Positions 39,736 to 49,700 of a stretch of 64,000 nt of DNA are shown piece after piece. The notes beneath the pieces were generated by a model. It worked only from the letters and a program-made list of their open reading frames with translations, searched no databases and was not told the origin of the DNA. Made by a program: the position numbers and the translations under genes. Source of the DNA: Candidatus Eiseniibacteriota bacterium (GTDB lineage: Bacteria > Eisenbacteria > RBG-16-71-46 > CAIMUX01); the NCBI GenBank assembly GCA_046327845.1, contig JAXLXQ010000009.1, positions 25,932 through 89,931 of the forward strand. Direction: 5' to 3'. How positions within the stretch are numbered: the first letter of the stretch is position 1; each line of letters begins with the position of its first letter.

Positions 39736-40730
39736 ACGCCACCCTCGCACTCAACCTGTCCGATCTGGTGCGGCACTACCACACGCGCACGAGTGCCAAC
39801 ACCGCGGCCGAGCTGCTGGACAGCTGGATCGAGTCGGGGAAGGACGCCCAGCTTGGCCGCCTCCTTCGCGATCACCGGACCGACGAGGTCGATAGCTCCG
39901 CTGAATTGGAACGGCGAGAGGCTGTCGATCAACTCCTCGGCTTCTACGGCCTCGTCGAAGTTGCCATCGTGGCCGGCTACGTTCCGTGGCCGCTCCCGCA
40001 GGAACTCGGGGACCGGGCGAAGCGGCAGCTCACGCACCCGGCGCTGATCAAGTACTACCGAGAGTTCTATCCGCTCGAGCTTCCCGCGATGCTCGAAGCG
40101 AGGCTCGCCGGCTGGCGCGGACCTCGTCTTCGTCTGACCAAGCGCGTCGAAGCGCTCTTTCTTCGGTTTCTCGACGTTTCGACCGCGATCGAGGCCAACG
40201 ATGCGGTCGATTCCTTCCTCTGGTTTTTGGAGGACGGATACTACGGCGGGTACGGCCTGCCCGACTGTCACAAGGCGCTCCGTTCGATCGAGTCGTACCT
40301 CGGGCATGTCCGCGTGCCCCCGACCGATCGCGATCCCCTCGACTGGGCGGTCGCGGGCGTAGGTGAGTACCTCGAGTTCTGCCGCGAGCTCGATCGGCTG
40401 CTGATCGAATCCGCGGAGCTTCCGCATCTGCAGCGGGCGATGTGGTGCCACCACGCCTACTGGTTCCAATCGGTCGCGCACAGTCTGGAGGACGAACTCC
40501 GGATCGTCCATGGACTGGTGGGTCGCTGGATTCGCCCGGCAAAGCGGGCGGACGTCGAGAGCACGCGGGGGCTCCGCGCAGACCCCGCGCTCCGGAGACT
40601 CGTTCGTGGTTGCTACGAGTTCAGGAAGGTTGAGCTGCGTGTTCCGCTCCTGCACGGCGAGAAGTCAGTCGCGTGCGTGTCGACTCCGCGGGCAAGTGCG
40701 ACCGCGCGGGTGAGAACGGGGGGCGCATGA
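39732..40730 (+). CDS. hypothetical protein (332 aa, helical, Trp/Tyr-rich) translationally coupled to the alpha/beta-hydrolase
   Basis: ATG 39732 overlaps the hydrolase TGA 39733-39735 (ATGA). The track ORF starts in frame upstream at 39648. No recognisable domain. Confidence 0.55.
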   Translation: MNATLALNLSDLVRHYHTRTSANTAAELLDSWIESGKDAQLGRLLRDHRTDEVDSSAELERREAVDQLLGFYGLVEVAIVAGYVPWPLPQELGDRAKRQLTHPALIKYYREFYPLELPAMLEARLAGWRGPRLRLTKRVEALFLRFLDVSTAIEANDAVDSFLWFLEDGYYGGYGLPDCHKALRSIESYLGHVRVPPTDRDPLDWAVAGVGEYLEFCRELDRLLIESAELPHLQRAMWCHHAYWFQSVAHSLEDELRIVHGLVGRWIRPAKRADVESTRGLRADPALRRLVRGCYEFRKVELRVPLLHGEKSVACVSTPRASATARVRTGGA

Positions 40731-41391
40731 GTTCGGGCCGAAAGGTGTTCCTCACCTGTCGCAGCGTCCACGCGTGATTTGACGCGCAGGAGATCAACAC
40801 GGGTGATGACATCGTCGCGGGCATCAACTGTGGATGGAACCGTCTGACACCGCCTCATCCTCCATTCCACGAAGTCGTGGTCCGGAGAGTGTCACCAAAA
40901 TGACGTGGCCGCGCATTTGGTGAAGTGGATCGAAGACGACATCCGCGTCACGCCGATGCTGATCGACGCCAGCTTCTAGCTGCCGCCCTGACTACGCTCG
41001 CCCGCGCACCGGAGCATCGATTAGCTCGACGAAGGCGCCGACGCGATCGGCGGCGTGAGCCGCGGGCTTCCGTTGAGCTCGCGTCCACGGTGCCATCGAC
41101 CAAGCGATTCGCCCTTGCCTCCAGACTCCACGATTGGCGGAATCGGCCTGGCTGCCCGCGTGGATGGCAATGAGTTCGCGTCGACGACGGGAGTCCCTCT
41201 GACGCGCCCGTCGCGGCGGAGCTTCGCCGAGTTTCGCCAAGGGCGTACCCCAGCCTGAACTCTCCACGCAACCGAACTCCGCCACGAGCGGATAAGAGGG
41301 CGTCACCAAGCAGCGAGCGGGCCACACGTCGTGGCCTGCCGACCGCGAAGTGACTCCCGAAGGGCGTGAGGCAATACCAGGAGAAGCGAAG

Positions 41392-41724
41392 ATGCTGCGC
41401 ATCGAATCCGCCAGCAACCACATCGCATCGATCCCCGGCGGGTCGGAAGCGTTCACCCTTGCCGAGCCGTGGTCGCCTCTCTCTCCGCGGCTCGTTGGTG
41501 ACCTCGTGGAGTTGACCTCTCTGAGCCACGATCGCGAAGCAAGCGAAACGCCCACCGCGTGGGGGAGCATCTTCGGCGGCGTCCTGGTCGGGACGCAGAT
41601 CGGCACTCCGATCGGGAACGCCTCGAGCGACGCGCCAGAACCGGGGGAGAACTCGCCTATCGAGGACCCAATGACGACGCGCGGCGCGCGACGCAGCCGG
41701 ATCCCGCGCGACCTTCGAATTTAG
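41392..41724 (+). CDS. small hypothetical protein (110 aa)
   Basis: ATG 41392 preceded by CAGGAGAAG RBS. It falls within a lower-GC region, followed by a hairpin terminator candidate. Confidence 0.35.
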   Translation: MLRIESASNHIASIPGGSEAFTLAEPWSPLSPRLVGDLVELTSLSHDREASETPTAWGSIFGGVLVGTQIGTPIGNASSDAPEPGENSPIEDPMTTRGARRSRIPRDLRI

Positions 41725-41805
41725 AGAGTTCGGTGGAACGGGGAGATCGAACTACGAGCAGCCCCCGCTGAATGCCACTCAAGGTCTGATCTCGCCGAAC
41801 CCGAG

Positions 41806-41850
41806 TCCCCCGGGAAGAGCTGTCGAGCTTCCCGGGGGATTTCGCCTCTT
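41806..41850 (+). terminator. candidate intrinsic terminator: 12-bp stem tcccccgggaag / cttcccggggga, then ATTTCGCCTCTT
   Basis: Perfect inverted repeat 41806-41817 / 41828-41839. The downstream T-tract is weak. Confidence 0.3.
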
Positions 41851-41972
41851 GGGGACGCTCGTGAATCGTGTTTGCCGACAGCATGAGCGTGCACGAGACT
41901 CGGACGCCCCGGCACCGAGTCCTGGCGGGCGAAGACGATGGCGGTCGGCGAGACGTAGAGAGGAGAGGCGGC

Positions 41973-43176
41973 ATGAGATCGACGCTGCTTGCTTCGCGAC
42001 GGGCTGTGGAGGCACGAGGAACCGAACAGGTGGCGCTGTCGATCGCGATTTGCTTGGTCCTGGTGCTTGCTCTTGGTTGCGGCAACGACTCGACCAAGCC
42101 TCTCCCCGAGCCGGGCACCACCTTCGCGCAAGACCTGGAGGCGATTCGCGCCGCGCAGCAGGCGCCGGCCCTCGCCGCCGCGCGCATCACCTCGAGCGGC
42201 ACGACCGACCTGGCCGCCGTCGGCGTGCGCAAGCTGGGCGACCCGACGCCGGTCACGATTCAAGATCGTTGGCATTGGGGTTCGCTCACCAAGGCGATGA
42301 CCGCGACCCTGCTCGCGACCTACGTGCGCGATGGCCAGCTCCAGTGGAGCACCACGCTGGCCGCGGCATTCCCCGAATTCGCCGATTCGATGGCGGCTCC
42401 CTTCCGCGCGGTGACGGTCGAGCAGCTGCTCGAGCATCGCGCCGGCATCCAGCCCTTCACCGAGGGGGAGGAGCTCCTCACGCTGCCGAGCTTCTCGGGT
42501 TCGGGCCGCGAGCAGCGCGCCGCTTTCACCCGCTTTCTCCTCCGGCGCGGGCCGACCGGAACGATCGGCAGCTACGACTATTCGAACGCGGGCTACGGCG
42601 TGGCCGCCGCGATCGCGGAGCGGATGGGCGATGCCTCGTGGCAAGAGCTGATGCAGGCCCGTGTCTTCGGGCCGCTCGGCATCGACGCGCACTTCGGTTG
42701 GCCGGCGAAGGGCGGGCTCCCGCAGCCGTGGGGTCACATCGAACCCGATTCCGGCGGCGTGGCGCCGCACGATCCGGACGGCGAGTATCAGCTGCCGGAG
42801 GCGATCGTGCCCGCGGGCGACGTCAACAGCTCGCTCCCCGACTACCTCAAGTTCGTTGCGCTGCACCTCAAGGGACTGCGCGGCGAAACGGGCCTCTCCT
42901 GCCCCGACGTGATCACACGCATGCACCAGCCGGAGCAACGCTACGCCTTCGGTTGGTTGGTCCGAGATGTGCGGCGTGCCGCGAGCCGCACGACGGATGG
43001 CCGGCACCTTCTACGCGATCGCGCTCATTCAGCCGTCGCTCGATCAGGGGATCGTCGCGGTGACGAACGCCGCGAATCTCCCGGCTCAGCAGGCGCTGGT
43101 CTATGCGGTGCAGCGCCTGCTCGACGGCACCAGTCTCTCGCCCCGCGCGGAGTCGCTGCCGCTCTCGGTGCGCTGA
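41973..43176 (+). CDS. class-C-beta-lactamase-like / penicillin-binding serine hydrolase lipoprotein; one apparent frameshift near 42975
   Basis: Lipoprotein signal MRSTLLASRR…LVLVLALGCGND. S-x-x-K motif WHWGSLTKAMTA and YSNAGY motif. The C-terminus continues in frame of 42967..43176 (…GTFYAIALIQPSLDQGIVAVTNAANLP…). Confidence 0.65.
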
Positions 43177-43188
43177 AGTCTCGCCGCG

Positions 43189-44417
43189 CTAGAAGATCTC
43201 CGGACACCAGGGGAGGCGATCGCCGCGGAAGAGCGCATCGGCGCGCCGAAGGGCACCCACACTCTTCTCGACGACGCGCCCGGCCAGCGCGAACTGCGTG
43301 AAGCTGAAGCCGCCGAGGTAGACCGGAGCCGAGCCCTTGCACATCCATCGCGAGGTCGGCGGCCGAGTCGACGCGCTTGGCACCGTCGGGCCGGCCGGTA
43401 GCGCCCGTCGTTCCACGGACAGAAGGTGTCCTGCACCTCGAGCACGACCGGATCGGCCTGCCCGAAGCGCCGCGCCGCGAGCGCCGCCTCAACCTCGACC
43501 AGCGCACCCAGAGCGCGTCACCCAACCACATCCGCATCTGCCGCGGGTGCCCGAGCAGGAAGAAGAGCGGGTGGTCGACCGGCAGGCACATCGCCTTCAC
43601 CCGCGCGCACCAATCGATCTCGAAGAGGAAGCGCCAGATCTCGCGCGTCGCCTCGGGCGTGGCGCCGACCGCTTCAGCACGCTGACCGCGCTCGAGCTGA
43701 TGCCCCCTCGAGCCCCTGGTTGAAGCGATAGAGCGCGTACCCCTCGTCCTTGCCGTCGAGCGACAGCACAACGCGGTCAGGTTCGCCGCCGCCGCGCCGC
43801 CGGCTCGGGAGGTCGGCCAGGCGGCGCGCCTTCCACCGGATTTCCTTGCGCGCGAACATGCCGGGATAGTCGCGGCGCACGCGTCGTAGATCCCCGCGAT
43901 CGAACGTAGCCGTCGTCCAAGCCGACGAAGCGCAGCTCGCCGCGCGGCAGGCAGGGCGCGCGAAGGTGCACTCCGACTTCGGCAGGTCGATGATCCCCAT
44001 GAGCGAGGCCATGCCGTAGCCGAAGCGGCCGTAGATCGACTCCTCGAGAGCCCAGAGCGCGGCGATCGGTTCGCCGCGACGGCGCACGTCGTCCAGCTGA
44101 ACGCGCATCATCGAGGTGAGGATGCCGCGGCGGCGCTTCATCGGCGCGACGCCTACACATTGATGGTGACGCCGGCAGTGCGCGCGAGGCCGCCGGGCAC
44201 GGTGAGTTCGAAGGTGTGGGCCCCGGCGCCGCCCACGGTGAGATCACCCTCGCGCGCGAGCAGTTCCGGTCCCGCACGTCCGTGCCCGTCTCGAAGACCC
44301 GCGCGATGTACGGCTTCTCCTCCTCGGCCGGCGGCGGGCCGCCGAGTAGTGCGCGATGGCACCGAAGGCTTGGAAGAACTCGTCGGTCGACTGGCAGGTG
44401 CGGATCTCGATTCCCAT
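43189..44417 (-). pseudogene. Eis-like GNAT N-acetyltransferase (GNAT + central + SCP2-like C-terminal domain), reading frame broken at least four times
   Basis: Five consecutive fragments match the Eis family order. MGIEIRTCQSTDEFFQAFG is in 44244..44612. …LTVPGGLARTAGVTINV is in 44153..44644. RRRGILTSMMRVQLDDVRRRGEPIAALWALEESIYGRFGYG…EGYALYRF is in 43674..44141. EATREIWRFLFEIDWCARVKAMCLPVDHPLFFLL is in 43025..43771. The C-terminal …PVYLGGFSFTQFALAGRVV…EIF is in 43189..43416. Confidence 0.55.
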
Positions 44418-44572
44418 GGGGATGGCTCCTTTCTCGCGTGGGTCGGGATGCTGGCAGCCCGGCGTCGCTTTGGCAAGCGGCGGAGCAACCGTCGCCGAAG
44501 TCCTCGACTCGGTGTGGTGTCGCGGATTCCGACCTCGGATGCTGATCGCGCCAGGAGGAGTTCGTCGCGGAG

Positions 44573-46716
44573 ATGGGGAAACAGCGAGGAAACGGTGTCG
44601 CGCCTCGCGCACTCGCCAACGACCTGAAGTCGGGGAACGCGCACGCGCTGCTCACGCGTTACAGCGATCTGCTCCTGGCCGCGGTCGTGATCGGCATCAT
44701 CCGGGATGCTGCTGGTCCGCTTCCTCCACTTCTCCTCGGCATTCTGCTCACGATCAACATCTCGATCGCGGTGACCATCCTGATGGTCACGATCTACGTG
44801 CAGAAGGAGGAGGGGAGGCGACCCGCTTCGCCAGCTTCCCGACCATCCTCCTCATCACCACCCTCTTCGCCTCGGCTTGAACGTGTCGACCACGCGCCTG
44901 GTGCTCGGCAAGGGGGTACGCCGGCGAGGTGGTGGCGGCGGTCCGGCTCCTTCGTCACCGCGGGCAATCTGGTGGTCGGCTTCGTCATCTTCCTCATCCT
45001 GACCGTGATCCAGTTCATCGTGATCACGAAGGGCGCGGAGCGCGTGGCCGAAATGTGGCGGCGCGCTTCACCTTGGACGCGATGCCGGGCAAGCAGATGT
45101 CGATCGACGCCGACCTTCGGGCGGGTGCGCTGACCATGGAGGATGCGCGGAAGAAGCGCGCGTCGCTCCAGCGCGAATCGCAGCTCTACGGCGCGATGGA
45201 CGGAGCGATGAAGTTCGTCAAGGGCGACGCCATCGCCGGGATCATCATCACGCTGATCAACATCGTGGGCGGCCTCGCGATCGGCGTGGCCCAACGGCAC
45301 ATGGAATTCGGCAAGGCGGTCTCGACCTACACGCTCCTCACGGTGGGCGACGGCTTGGTCAGCCAGCTTCCCGCGCTCCTCATTTCGATCGCCTCGGGCG
45401 TGGTGGTGACGCGCGTCGCCTCCGACGACGAGCAGAGCCATCTGGGCAAGGACATCGGCACGCAGATCCTCGCCCAGCCGAAGGCGATCGCGATCGTCTC
45501 GGTGCTGCTCTTCGTGCTCGGTCTGGTGCCCGGACTGCCCAAGGTCCCCTTCTTCGTGATGTCGGCCATCACCGGCTTCCTCGCCTTCGGCCTGATTCGC
45601 GCGGAGAAGGCGGAGGCGGCGAAGGCGGTCGAGCAGGCGGCGAAGGCGGAGGAGTCGGATGAACCGCAGCTCAGCCTGGCGGTGCCGATTCTGATGCAGG
45701 TCTCGGAGTCGCTCACCGCGGTGATCGACAAGGACGGCGATGGCGGCAAGGAACTGCAGCGGCTGATCCCCGAACTACGCGACTCGCTCTACTACGAGGT
45801 CGGCGTGCTGGTGCCGCCGATCAAGATTCGCGGCAACATGCCGCTGCCGCCCGAGACCTTCGCCATCCAGCTCAAGGAAGTGCCGGTGGTGCAGGGGAAG
45901 ATCCCGGCCGACAAGCTCCTGGTCGGGGAGGCGGCAGAGAACCTGCAGATCTTTCAGATCGAGGCGGAGGCGACGACCAACCCGGCCAACGGCACGCCGG
46001 CCGCATGGGTGCCGGCGAGCGCGCGCGAGGTGCTGGAGCGCGCGGGGCTCAAGATCTACTCCTCGCCCGAGGTGCTGGTGCTGCACCTCGCGGGCTTCCT
46101 CAAGAAGTACTCGTGGGAGTTCGTCGGCCTGCAGGAAGTGCAGACCATGCTCGACCACATCGGGCAGGCGTACCCCAAGCTGGTCGAAGAGGTGGTGCCG
46201 AAGGTGGTCTCGCTCTACCAGCTCACCGAGGTGCTGCAGCGTCTGGTGCGCGAGGGAATTTCGATCCGCGATTTGAAGGGCGTGCTGGAGGCGCTCTCCG
46301 AGTGGGGCCGTATCGAGAGCGACGCGCTCATGCTGACCGAGTTGGTGCGGAGCAGCATGGGCCGGCAGATCTGCTTCCGCTACGCCCGCGGCGACGGTCG
46401 CCTCATCTGCTATCAAGTCGACCCGGAGATTCAGCAGACGGTGGCGGAGTCGATTCGACACACCTCGACCGGCAAGTACATCTCCCTCGCGCCGGACATC
46501 CAGGGGGAGATTCTCCAGGCGATCCGCCGACAGCTCGGCGATCGACCGGCGACCGCGGGCCGCGCGGTGGTGTTGACCGAACCGGAGGTGCGTCCTTACT
46601 TCCGCCGCCTGGTCGAACTCGATTTTCCCGACGCCGCGGTCATCTCTCTGCGCGAGCTCACCACCGAGGTGATTCCGCAACCGATCGGCGTGATCTCGCT
46701 CAGTGGGAGGCGATGA
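44573..46716 (+). CDS. FHIPEP-family export-gate protein (FlhA/SctV homologue); N-terminal 500 bp broken over at least four frames
   Basis: TM region …LLAAVVIGIIRDAAGPLPPLLLGILLTINISIAVTILMVTIYVQ (44573 frame). Next come FASFPTILLITTLF (44356..44880 frame), RLGLNVSTTRLVLGKG (third frame) and GSFVTAGNLVVGFVIFLILTVIQFIVITKGAERVAE (44573 frame again). The FHIPEP core DADLRAGALTMEDARKKRASLQRESQLYGAMDGAMKFVKGDAIAGIIITLINIVGG plus the cytoplasmic domain lie in 44929..46716. No other T3SS or flagellar genes occur in the window. Confidence 0.7.
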
Positions 46717-46719
46717 GGC

Positions 46720-49700
46720 GTGGCGTTTGCGCCGCGGCCGGAGCTTCCTTGGTCGCCGGTTTCCGCGCGCGCGCGCGCCGAAGCGGGCGCGCGATTCGAC
46801 GATGCTCTCCGCCGCGCCGCTGACCGCCGCGCCGGCTGCCTCTGGATCTCGGGGGCCGCGGGAGCAGGAAAGACCAGCCTGCTTCGCGCCCTCGCGCGCG
46901 AGGCGGAGGAGAAGGGGGCGCTGCTTCTCTCCGGCCTGGTTCCCCCGGCGGAGTCGGATGAGCTGAACTGGGCCGGCATCTTCGCCGACGCCCGTCCGTC
47001 GATTCCGCTCGCCAGCGTCATCGCCTCGCTCGATCGCGTCTCGTCCGAACGACTGCGCGACTTCGTCCCGTGGTTGCCGGTCGCGGAGGAGAAGCCGGGC
47101 AAGCGGGGGAGCCTCGATGCCGTGCAGCTTCGAAACTCGCTCACCTCGGCGCTCGCGCGCCTGCTCGAGCGATTGGCGCAGCGGCTGCCGGTGCTCCTCT
47201 TCCTCGACGAGCTCGAGCGGGCGAGCGCGGCGGTCGCGACGCAGCTCGGCACGCTTCTCCACTACCTCGGCAACAGCTCCTTCCTGCTGGTGGTGGCGAC
47301 CGAGCCGGGCGGCGCGGCAACCGAGGAGCTTCGCCGGAGCCTCATCCAACGCAACCGGCTGGTCGAGTTCGCGCTCGAACCTCTCGGGCGCGAGGATATC
47401 GAGGAGGCGCTGCGTGGCGCGGTCGAGCCTGATTCGTTGGCGAAGCTGGCCGCGTGGCTCACCGCATCGACCGGCGGCAATCCGACCTTCGTGCGCGAGT
47501 CGCTGCAGGCGCTGGTCGACGGCGGCACGCTAATGTGGGAGAGCGGCCCGGATCGCTGGATTCTGCGCCGCGACTTGGCGCAGGCCAACGTCCCCGCGAG
47601 CCTCGAAGAGATGCTGCGGCTTCGCCTCGGTGCCCTGCCCCCCGCGCAATTCGCGTTGCTTCGCGGTCTGGGCGCACTCGGAGGGGAGGCCGACTCGCGG
47701 CTCCTGGCCGGATTCCTCGCGCAGGATCACGCTCCGGTACGCGCGTCGCTCGAGCTGCTCTCCGCCGGCGGGCTGGTCGAGCTGAACCTGACCTCGACCG
47801 CGGCACGCGCGGCCGAGGCGCCGCTCGAGTGTCGGCTGCGTCCGACCTGGCTCGCCGATCTCGCGTTCGCGATGGATGACCCGGAGTCGCGGCGCGCCAC
47901 CCGTCGCCGCGCGGCCGAGTACTGGGGTTCGCTGGAATCTCTGGATGGACCGACGCGCCTCTCCCGACGCGCCTGGAGCCTCGATCGGGTCGACGACGTT
48001 GCGGCGGGCGAGCGTTGGCGGGCGCACGGCGACGCGGCGTTGGCGGCCGTGCAGTCGCACCGCTACTCGGTCGCGCGCGCGCACCTCGAGGCGGCGTTCG
48101 TTCTTTCGGACGCCGACCCGTCGATGGGCGACGAGGAACCGGCTCGACTGCTCGATCTGTGCGAGGCGGCGGGCGGAGTCTACTTCGTGACCGGTCCCTT
48201 GCCGCGCGGACGTGAACTGCTCGACCGCGCGTCGGTGCTGATTGCTGAGCATCCCAAGATCGTGAGCAAATCGCGGCAGAGCGAGCTCCACGTGCAGCGC
48301 GGGCGACTGGCGACGAGGCAGGGGCGCTACGTCGATGCGCGCGCCGACTTCGCGCGCGCGGTCGAGCTGCTGGGCAAGGGAGCTGCCGCGCGGGATCGTG
48401 CCTTCCTTCAGTTTCACGAGGCCAACGCCATCTACCGAAGTGGTGATCCGGCGGCCGCCCTCGCGTTGCTCACGCCGGCGCTCAAGGTGCTCGACGCGCC
48501 AGTGTCGCGCCTCCAGCACTGCCGCGCGCGCACGCTCGAGGGAATCCTCGCCTGGGCGCAAGGCCGTCCCGAGGACGCGCTCGCCATCTACCGTGCGACC
48601 TCGCGCGCCCTCGCCGCGTGGGGGCGTCATCCGCTGGAAGAGGTGCTTGCCACCTGCGAGGCGCTGGCGCTGGCCGATCTCTCGCGCTTCGCGGAGCAGC
48701 GACTCGCGCTGGAACGGGGGCTGGCCGCGACGCGCGAGTGGGGCGTGCTCTGGTCGGAGGCGGTGCTCCTCGGCATCTGGGCGGCGATGGAGCAGTCCTT
48801 GGGCGAGGACACCGAGGCGATTCGCCTCCACCAAGCCGACCTGGCGCTCCGTCGCACGCTGATGGATCCGCGCGGCTCGCTCTTTCCTCGCGACGGGCTC
48901 TCGGCCTGCTACGGCCGCGCGGGGGATCTGGACGAGGCGCTCGCCCTGATCGACGAGGTGATCGACGACGCGACGAAGCTCGGGGTCGAGAATCTGATGC
49001 CGGAGTTTCACGCCACGCGCGCGCGCATCCTCCTGAGCCTCGGTCGTTCGGAGGAGGCGATGGCTGCCGCCAACCGCGGTCTGGAGGGCGCCCGCCGCTT
49101 CCAGAAGCGCGCGGCCGAGGCGGCGCTCCACGACGTTTACGCCACGATTCTGCGCGACCTTGGCCTGGTGAAAGAGGCGGCCGCCGCCATCGATGAGGCG
49201 CTCGCCATCACCGCCGGCGGGCCGGTGGCTCGCGCCGGATTCCTCGTGACCCAGGCGACCATCCTCCTCGCGGGCGGGGAGAGCCCGTCCGCTCCGACCA
49301 AGCAGGCCGGCGGCGCGCGAGGGAAGAAGCGCGGCGGCGCGGCGCCGGCATCCTCGACGGGGCGGGACGCCGGAGACCGGCTGGAACGCGCGCGTTCGCT
49401 CGCCGAGCAAGCGCTCGAGATCTTCGAGTCGGTGGGCGCGCCCAAGCGCGCGGTCCGAGCGCGTGAGCAGTTGATTCGCGCCGGCGTGTTTCCGCCCGAA
49501 TCCACGGTGAGTTCGCTTCTCTTACCGAGGACCGAAGGTCAGCCGGCCGCGCACACGCGCGTGCACTGCTTCGGTCCGCTTCGCGTGATCACCTCCGACG
49601 GACGCGAGATCGCCCCCGGCGACTGGGGATCGAACAAGGCGCGCGCGATCTTCGCCTTTCTCCTCCTGCAGCGTGGTCAGTCGGGCGGCGTGCCGAAGGA

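Noticed and set aside
41721-43007. 428-aa minus-strand ORF
   Set aside because: Antisense to the beta-lactamase-like gene, which has SxxK and YxN motifs.
37587-46716. A functional type III secretion system
   Set aside because: Only the export-gate (FHIPEP) gene is present and it is disrupted. No ATPase, secretin, inner-membrane ring or minor export components lie anywhere in the window. The harpin-like protein is only a compositional analogy.
45775-47349. 524-aa minus-strand ORF and 46005..46823 plus-strand ORF
   Set aside because: Antisense or alternative frames across the FHIPEP and STAND genes. No motifs.
47530-49410. 626-aa minus-strand ORF
   Set aside because: Antisense to the intact 1204-aa STAND regulator.
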